From Nageia nagi (taxonomy: Eukaryota > Plantae > Pinophyta), in NCBI GenBank assembly GCA_050084985.1, contig JBITNC010000001.1, positions 143,716,001 through 143,780,000 of the forward strand: DNA of 64,000 bases, read 5' to 3'. Shown here piece after piece: positions 55,001 through 64,000 of this stretch. The position numbers and the translations under genes are program-made. Below the pieces are notes generated by a model. It was not told the origin of the DNA and made no database searches. It was given only the letters and a program-made list of their open reading frames with translations. Numbering within the stretch: the first letter of the stretch is position 1; the number at the start of each line of letters is the position of its first letter.

Positions 55001-58000
55001 GTAGGTAGAGGAAGGCCTAGATTGTGACTTTGCTCTAAGTATTGAAAGTCTTTCCTTTTTTAAGTAATTGTACAATAAAATTGGGAGTGGTTCTTGAATA
55101 TCCCATTAGATTACCCACTTTTATTAGAAGTGTTTAAACTCAGAATAGACATCATATATCAAATGATGTGCCACTATAGCAGCTAATAAGTGTTTTAACT
55201 TAGAATAGACATCATAAATCAAATGATGTGCCATTATAGCAGCTCATATTATGACTTTATGGAATATTTTGTAGAACTTGCCATGAGGGAACTTAGTAGG
55301 GAAGACCTACCAATGCTACCAAACAAATCTAAATGTATGTTATAAGATAAAGGGAATAATATGGGAGATTGATATTTTATGAGGATAAGAACTATGATTA
55401 TCATGTATGGCTTTCTACACATTCCTCTCATTTTTTCCCCAATATGTTTAAAGAAGCTATTTGTAGTAAAATTTGCTTTGAAATTTGATACAATTGAAAT
55501 GAATTTTCAAGTCAGGGGTAGACATAGAAGTTTCAAAAAGTATCCATTAGATGTGTTCCATATCGCTATGAATACATATGTCTAACATTTGGCTATGCAT
55601 AGATTCATGAAGAAATAATTTCAATTACAAGAAATAAACATAACATGACCCTTATGACCCACTTAGAATAAAGGCAAAAATGTTGAAGGATCAGCCTAGA
55701 GGGATCTCATTCAAACATGCATTTGGGACTTATTTAGAGACATTTAGAAATTTGAATGAGAAGCAAGTAGAGGAAGGCCTAGATCATGACTTTGCTCTAA
55801 GTATAGAAAGTCTTTCCTTTTTTAACTAATTGTACACCAAAATTAGGAGTGGTTCTTGAATATCCCATTAGATTAGCCACTTTTATTAGAAGTGTTTTAA
55901 CTCAAAATAGACATCATAAATCAAATGATGTGCCACTATAGCAGCTCATATTACGACTTTATGGAATATTTTGTAGAACTTGCCATGAGGGAACTTAGTA
56001 GGGAAGACCTACCAAGGCTAACAAACAAATGTAAATGTATGTTATATTATAAAGGGAATAAGATGGGAGATTGATAATTTATGAGGATAAGAACTATGAT
56101 TATCATGTATGGCTTTCTACACAGTCCTCTCATTTTTCTCAAATATGTTTCCAAGAAGCTATTTGTAGTAGAATTTGCTTCGAAATTTGATACTATTGAA
56201 ATGAATTTTCAAGTAAGGGGTAGACATAGAAGTTTGAAAAAGTTTCCATTAGTTGTGTTGCATATCACTATGGATACATATGTCTAACATTTGGCTATGC
56301 ATAGATTCATGAAGAAATAATTTCAATTACAAGAGATAAACATAACATGACCCTTATGACCCACTTAAAATAAAGGCAAAAATGTTGAAGGATCAACCTA
56401 AAGGGATCTCATTCATACATGAATTTGGGACTTATTTAGAGACATTTAGAAATTTGAATGAGAAGCAAGTAGAGGAAGGCCTAGATTGTGACTTTGCTCT
56501 AAGTACAGAAAGTCTTTCCTTTTTTAACTAATTGTACACCAAAATTAGGAGTGGTTCTTGAATATCCCATTAGATTACCCACTTTTATTAGAAGTGTTTT
56601 AACTCAAAATAGACATCATAAATCAAATGATGTGCCACTATAGTAGCTCATGTTACGAGTTTATGGAATATTTTGTAGAACTTGCCATGAGGGAACTTAG
56701 TAGGGAAGACCTACCAAGGCTAACAAACAAATGTAAATGTATGTTATAAGATAAAGGGAATAAGATGGGAAATTGATATTTTATGAGGATAACAACTATG
56801 ATTATCCTATATGCCTTTCTACACATTCCTCTCATTTTTCCCAAATATGTTTCCAAGAAGCTATTTGTAGTAGAATTTGCTTTGAAATTTGATACAATTG
56901 AAATGAATTTTCAAGTCATGGGTAGACATAGAAGTTTGAAAAAGTATCCATTAGTTGTGTTCCATATCATTATGGATACATATGTCTAACATTTGGCTAT
57001 GCATGGATTCATGAAGGAATAATTTCAATTACAAGAGATAAACATAACATGACCCTTATGACCCACTTAAAATAAAGGCAAAAATGTTGAAGGATCAGCC
57101 TAAAGGGATGTCATTTATACATGAATTTGGGACTTATTTAGAGACATTTAGAAATTTGAATGAGAAGCAAGTAGAGGAAGGCCTAGATTGTGACTTTGCT
57201 CTAAGTATAGAATGTCTAGATGAACATGGAAGCCTATCCAAATAATTTGGATATGAAAAAGAAAGAGTGTAATCTCACCCATAATTTAATAAATGAATTG
57301 TAGGATAAATATCATTTTTTTGATACAAAGATAGTATATTTTACATAATTCAATTTTGAAATAATGGAGAAATCTATTAGCCAAGGGTGCATGAAATTTG
57401 GAATATTTAGGGGTGATAAAGAATATTAGTCATCTTATGAAGATGATCATATGCCAAAATTGTAAAAAGCCTTGAGAAGTTTGAATGCTATAGAGTCTAA
57501 GTTAACCTCTTCTTAGTACCCTACTCAATCTACATAAGAGAAGTTCATTCCCTCAAAAAAGAGATAAAAAGCATATAAAATCCTTCTCAAACCAAGATAT
57601 TTGAGGTGATAAAAATTAAAATAGAAGAGGGAATGGATAAATTTGTCAAACAAGTAGGTACCATACTAGAAGCTAATAATTATCCCAGGAAAAGACTAAG
57701 GTCTCTTAGAGAGAAAGAAGAAAAAAGGAAATCTACCTGTACTTGATCATAATATAGTGCTTCCAAAGTGCCTATTAATCTTGATGAATAAGAAATAGCA
57801 ATCCAAGAAGGCTAAGAACCTCATGGAGAGATAATTTTATCTCCTACTTGGGAGGCTACAACTATGCCCTTATAATTGACTTAGGCATATCAAAAACCTC
57901 CTATTCCACCTCATCAAACTAGTTATTCATCATAATTTACTACAAATTTTAGCTAATTATTTATAAGAGGAATGACCAAAGGTTGCATAAAAGGGGAACA

Positions 58001-59750
58001 ACCTTTACACAAAATACAAAGTGTACTAATACAACCTATCAAAAAGCTAATAGTTCAAACCTCAATTCAATCTCAATAGCTTGAGGAATTGCAAAAGGTG
58101 AGATAGTTACAAATAATGGATCAATCAAATGTAGATGTGCCTTTAGAGATATAAAAAATACAAATAGATAAGTCAAAGGATTAACAAAAAAAAGCACATA
58201 GTCAACAAAACCTAAAGAATATAGAAGTCCCATAATAATAAGGGAATCTTAGACTCCATAGCCCAGATGGACAAGGAACCTCCAAACTCCTCATTAAAAC
58301 CCTCAATGGGTACCCTAGAGAAATAAAAAAAAAGGAGAGAAAAAGATTCAATACATGATTGGGGATTCAAGAAAATAACTAATTACTCCCTCTTCATCCT
58401 TGTGTAAGATAGTGACCTTATCATCATTTACCTCAATATAAGTATAACATATTTTTAATGTAAAATGTCCCAGCAAAATACTTGGGCTCAACTTTGAAGA
58501 CAACTCCATAGGCTCATAGAGCATGTAGGGTAATGAGTGTAGTATAGCTAGAGTCTAGAAAATTAAAAGTAGGAGTTGTCCCAATTATTGGCACATCATT
58601 GGAAAAGGAAATGGCCTTTATGTTAATATATTTTCATTTGGACAAGACCTTAACATATGATTTAAAATTATTTAGGATCAATACTATAGAATCCATTGGG
58701 AAAGGATTTGAAAAAATTGAATGCAAGGTTGAGAATATAGAAAATAAAAAGTATGATCTTGAGGCAACCATCAATAAACAATAAAAAATAATTAAGACAT
58801 CAAAAATAGAAAAGAAAATTTGAGATTCAAAATGGAAGTTGTAGTGACAGATCATGAGAAAAAGGAAAAATCATTGAAGGAGTTGGAAAGGGTTAAAAAG
58901 GAAATGAATCAACTAAATAAGATGTTACAAGAATTTGAAAAATAACAAGATGGGAAATTTAAATAGGATATTGTAACCTAAGAGAAATAAAATCATAAAT
59001 TAATCTAAAATAACATGAATATGATTACTATTGCAATAAATACCAAAAAAAAATAATAATAAATCATATAGTGGTATAATAACCAAACCTAGTAAAAGTG
59101 AAAGGATTATAGGAGAACATAGAAGTAGGAAACATAAATTACAAAACCTTTCTACAAACTTATTAGGCCATTATCATATTTATCCTTAATAAAGAAAAGC
59201 AGATAGTAGATTAGTTGGGGATAAGTAAAGAAGAGAAAATTTATGTTGTCTTTTCTTGAAATATATAGGAATTATCCAAGAGGATAAGTGATATAAAGTG
59301 GATATCATTTGTAAATGATATGATAGAGGATATAATAATTTAGCTTTAAATGGATATATCTTTCATAATGATATAGTTGGAATACTTGAAGGAGAAAATT
59401 GTGCCACCATTATGGGATGAGCAAGATGAGCCTGTTAGTATCATATATTGGAAAATATGTCTCATGCTTATATTGATATAAAGGAATCACTAGAAAAATC
59501 AATGTGAGAAATTGATAATTTAACTTTTCTTAACAAAATAGTTTAACACATCATTGTTAAGTTCCTAAATACAAGCAATATACAAACAAACTTAAATGAG
59601 TTGATAGTACATATGATATATGCTTCCACCATCTCGATATATGCAAGGGTAAACTTGGATAAAATATTGATTATGTATGAGCAAATGAGGAATATGGTGT
59701 TGAAAGAGCCTACATATCAATCTTGGATATCTACTTCAACATGATGAAGT
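43061..59750 (+). pseudogene. Long degenerate 3' accessory ORF of element 4, interrupted by tandem amplification of an internal 702-bp segment; Lys/Glu-rich, coiled-coil-like C-terminal part
   Basis: Coding-like frame runs into unit 1 (KGENFRYSSFLF) and out of unit 19 (KYRMSR..TWKPIQ); EKIECKVENIENKKYDLEATINKQ at ~58710-58780. Confidence 0.55.
43805..57217 (+). repeat. Tandem array (satellite) of 19 monomers of ~701-702 bp
   Basis: Unit starts ~43805, 44506, 45208, 45909, 46610, 47311, 48013, 48714, 49416, 50118, 50819, 51522, 52231, 52932, 53645, 54347, 55049, 55811, 56513; the same 67-68 aa ORFs recur at this period. Confidence 0.98.
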
Positions 59751-62700
59751 AGCCTAAAGGATTTTAGAAAATGTTGTGAATCTAGCATTTTGATGAGGTA
59801 GTCCATCATCTACTTTCTTTTATGTTTCTCTTTACATATTTCCTTTTATTTCTATTTATTCCCACTTCTACTTCTCCTTTTTCATATTTTTCACCTTTCA
59901 TAAGACTTCATTTTTAATGAGAAGTCTTCATTAGGTTCCTTGTTATATTGTTATAACTCATCAAGTAGAAGAGATATATCTTTGTACTTAATCAAATTTT
60001 GGTTTCACTAGGGCTAGGGGTTTTGGATGAATGATATTATCCCAAGCTATTCAAGATATCGAGTGCTAGTGAAGCTGATTAGAAGTAGTGAAGTTTCAAT
60101 CTTATGTTATGCCCTATACTTTTTGAGTAAGTGGAATACTTTTGAGCTCTAGAAATTATATAGGAATTCTAATAAGCCTATCATATACCTCAAAGGATAA
60201 TAAAGATAATTTACTATACAAAAAATGCCTAGGTCTGTCTAATCTAAGATGTGGGATTCCCATGGCTTGTATTAATGTATTTATACTAACATATCATCAT
60301 CCACATTGCATAATGATGTTTATTTAGAACATTAATGATAAATAAAGGACTCTATACCTTCCAATAGTTTAATAAGTTACAACTCAAAACTATAGTAGTT
60401 AATGAGTATGATGTAGAGACTAAAGAATAGTAGGTATCAGAGATAAATGATGCATCATTCCCTCAATAAAAGGAAGATTAATTATAGGGTATGATGATCA
60501 AATTTGAATGTACGAAGAGGTCAAAATCAAGTTTGATTGATTGAGCCTAGGATGTAAAGAATGCTTTGAGAATTTAAAGTTCTATTTGAAGGACATATAA
60601 TTTTTAGGGCATGGTGTTCTTTTTGAAATACAAAACATGATAAAGATTTAAAATCAAGGTGGTATATTAAAGTTCAAGTGTATCAAGCATTGTATATACT
60701 AGTTGAAATACCACCTAAATGTGCAATTTACATTCATAGTAGTAACCTATCAAAATTTTGTAATAGATTTTATATATTTTAATAATTATTTTGATATTGT
60801 TATTAGATAACATTGATGGTGCAAGACTAAAGTATATATGGTAGAACTTAAAATGGAATATGATCATACTTTTTTGTATTATTTCCCTTTAGGAGATATA
60901 TGTATGCTTTATACTTTAATAGAAGACATGTTGTGGTGCCCTTCATAATATTAAGGTTGTTAATATGTTTTTTTTTTATTATGAATGTCTACATATGTTG
61001 AATATTGAGGCTATGTGATGCAATAGAGAGAATCTAATTATAGGCCAATTTTATGTGTCTTGGGATTTATTTATGGACTACAATCCCTTCTAGTAGTTCC
61101 TAGGTTCCATTTATTTCAGTTTTTTACTTAAGTCATTTTATTTCTTATTATTTGATCACTTTTGATTATTATTTTATGTAATTTTCTTATATTTCTTATT
61201 TATCTTAACCTTCAATCATTTAGGAGTTGACCTTCTCTAGAGAATGAGTGAAAAAACCCATATGATTGCATATGTCCCACCACTCCACTCATTCTAAAAT
61301 CCTACTATTATTTGATTGGTGTAGCTTTAACCAAAATGAAATTATAAGGTTGCACCTTCAAAATCAATAATAATATTTTCTTCAAGAGCATCATGAGTAT
61401 AATAAATATTATATTTGATAATATTATCATCAGTTACAATATTTTCCTTATGAGCAACATTTTCACTAATGGCAATATCATTATCACTCTGAATTTTCTT
61501 AGGCATATTACTTACCTCATGAAAATCCTCATATTTGGCATTTATTATAGGCATATCATTATAACCAAAGATATCATATAATATGAAACATGAGATACTA
61601 CATAATGCTATTCCTTAGTAATGTAACATATAAAGAATAAAATAATCCTATGCAAGATAATATTATAAATGTAACACACACCATTTTGCATAATTCAATA
61701 ATAGGCCATTGGTAAACTATTATGTGCAAAATATGACTTTGAAAAATTACCAATATGTCCCAATAATAAATATATATGAGTGGGAGAAGATTTTGCAATA
61801 TCAAAACTCACCAAATTAAATAAAATGACCTTCAAAATCTAGGGGTTTATATAAAAATATTTTATTTCTAAAGAAAAATCCTTAAGAAAATGCATGCAAA
61901 AATGATGATTTCACCTTCTAAAAATTGCCTACCATGAATACCTAAGGTTTGGTCAAAATTAAAGGGAATAAACATCCACCAAATCTTCAAAATATAGGTT
62001 CAAAATTTAGGTTTCAACTAAAAATGAAATTCTACAAGATAAAATACCTTGATGTTTTAATAATTTTAAAGCAATAGGGCTTTATAATTTTGCAAAAAAA
62101 TTATGAAAAATAAAGATCAAATAAAACCTAGGGATTCCTATGACAAATTCCATAGAAAATATGATACCCATAAAAATGAATAATATGATCGATTGAAAAT
62201 GAAAATATACCCATCCTTAATCAAGAGATGGATAATAGAAACAAAGGTGAATTCTAATATGTTGAATATTTTTAATTACACTAGGATAGGTGGAAAATAT
62301 GATAAACATTCATATTTAATGATACACATTACATCCATTAACAAATAAGAAAATAATATTATAATATAGTAATATGATAACAATTAATAATAGCTATGAA
62401 AAATAAAGATGTAATAGAAATAAATGATTCCCTAGATATTGGATTAGAACTATAACCTATGGGAGATAAATCAAAGAGAATGTACCTATCACCTTACGTG
62501 GATGAATAATCACATGCACAAACTTTGGCTTGTTGAGAAATAATGATCTTGGTATGTGCATCCCTTCTATAAATATAGTCTTAAACCCTAGTGTAGATGT
62601 TAACAATAACATGGATGCCAAAAGTAGTGTGAACACTAAGTCCTAGTGATAGTGTGGATGCTAAGCCTTATATAGATAGAGTTTCACAATCAATATCGTA

Positions 62701-63149
62701 AGTGCAACAATAAATTGATAAAATTACTCTAGCATATAATAGTGAATGAAATGATGAAAAAGCTTGTGTAATATCAAATCTCTCTTTAATAGGCCATGTT
62801 GATGAATAATATAGAAGATAATACACATGGGCATATTAGAAAGAGATTTTATGGTGATCCTATGTGAGGTCTTCCACTTATAGGAAACTAATCCACCATA
62901 ATGCATGCCTAGATGCTAGCACCAATGATAGTGTACCTTGCACAAATAAAAGAAAAACATAGATAAGATGGTAATTAAGTGGTCCAACATAATGATATAA
63001 CAAGATTATAACATATACTAATCCACTATAAGGCTAAACTTAATGAGGAAACCTTGAGGTGAAAAATATTAAGTATCAATAGTTACATAGCTTCAAAGGG
63101 TAAACTCCATATTTTCCTAACTATTGTTGATATTTTCAATAGTTAAAGA

Positions 63150-63780
63150 CCATATTTTCCATGCTAAGAGAGCATAAGATATTATCATGTATTGGATAGA
63201 TCACATAGTTTGAAGGTGGTAGTTGTATTATTTGTTTCCATGTTATATTTATGAGATATATAACATGTACTTTCTAGTATAAATTTTTTGCCAAACTATT
63301 GTTGAGAGTTTCAACTATTAGAGATATTATTTTTGCCTACCTATTGTTGAGAGTTTCAATAGTTAGAGATATTATTTTTCCTAGATTTTATTGAGATTTG
63401 TAGTAGTTAGAGAGGTTGGTGGACCTAATTTTGATTTTACAAGAGGAAATTTTGAGATTATATTGCAATAGAATCACATGGTACCATTGTAAAGAAATTA
63501 AACATGGTTGTAATCTTCAAGTTTGTATAGTTAAATAAATCAAAGCTCTAAGTTGGAAGTGGATGTACTCTCACATTGGGAGGAACCATTACAAAACCTA
63601 TGCGATCATTGAATGATTATTTTTTATAATCATTACTTTAACATTTACGTTGAATGTATAGGATAATAACTATGCTTAGAGTTTGTTAGCCAAAATTATA
63701 GTGCACTCTAGCAGTAACTTAGGTATTCTTGTACATTTTGATCTTGAAAGTTGGACTCCATCTTATTGAACATTTTTAAT
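63150..63780 (+). repeat. Possible decayed copia-like LTR fragment containing a 46-bp tandem duplication (~63296-63385)
   Basis: GTGGATGTAC...GGAGGAACCATTACAAAA resembles a common copia LTR motif; ctattgttgagagtttcaa..ttagagatattattttt occurs twice; ends not defined. Confidence 0.3.
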
Positions 63781-64000
63781 CTATATTTGAACATTTTGGA
63801 ACAACATAGCTTACAGGTGATTATTAATCATAAAATAGGCTACAAACTCATTATAATTATAATCTTTCTTTTGATTATCCTACTTTAATTTCTACAATCT
63901 CTATAGACCTTAAATTATGTAAAATATGAATAAACATAATTAAATAAATGATCTACAATATGCAACTAAATATATGATATACACTATATTACATTGCAAT

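Noticed and set aside
43945-56989. Repeated 67-68 aa ORFs on both strands as a tandem small-protein family or toxin-antitoxin-like cluster
   Set aside because: They are stop-bounded pieces of a decayed retroelement ORF copied with the monomer; some copies are frameshifted and there is no gene-like context
43805-57217. CRISPR array or 5S rDNA/snRNA tandem array
   Set aside because: No unique spacers, monomers are similar along their whole length, and I recognise no RNA gene sequence
43805-57217. Whole array as an assembly artefact
   Set aside because: Units carry many private and hierarchically shared substitutions and indels; only the near-identical dimer at 50600-53425 remains questionable
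61342-61581. Overlapping short ORFs with weak internal repetition
   Set aside because: Low-complexity AT-rich decayed repeat DNA with no motif

Overview
AT-rich, strongly CG- and CHG-depleted heterochromatic DNA from a large plant genome (gymnosperm-like; inference from element types). I found no intact host gene, RNA gene or CRISPR array. The window is a stack of nested, decayed transposons. (1) 1-15118: 3' half of a Tat/Ogre-type Ty3/gypsy element (+), with RH-aRH-INT, an ~11 kb 3' region holding extra ORFs including an antisense plant-mobile-domain (PMD) gene, and a 3' LTR. A 5'-truncated Ty1/copia element (-) sits inside it at 6967-10654. (2) 15119-20758: 5' part (gag, leader, LTR) of an older gypsy element (-), into whose gag element 1 inserted. 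(3) 20759-30169: non-autonomous LTR element (-) with two ~3.5 kb LTRs, PBS-Met and PPT, but mismatched flanks. (4) 30170-~59900: a decayed gypsy element (+) whose integrase is split by a 9.86 kb Mutator-like element (31894-41755; ~1 kb TIRs, perfect 9-bp TSD). This MULE carries a captured two-exon CYP72-clan cytochrome P450 fragment. The gypsy element's 3' accessory ORF has been amplified in place into a 19-copy, ~702-bp tandem array (43805-57217) with dimeric higher-order structure. The best leads are the nascent retrotransposon-ORF-derived satellite and the P450 Pack-MULE. Protein calls rest on hand translation and motif recall, not database searches.
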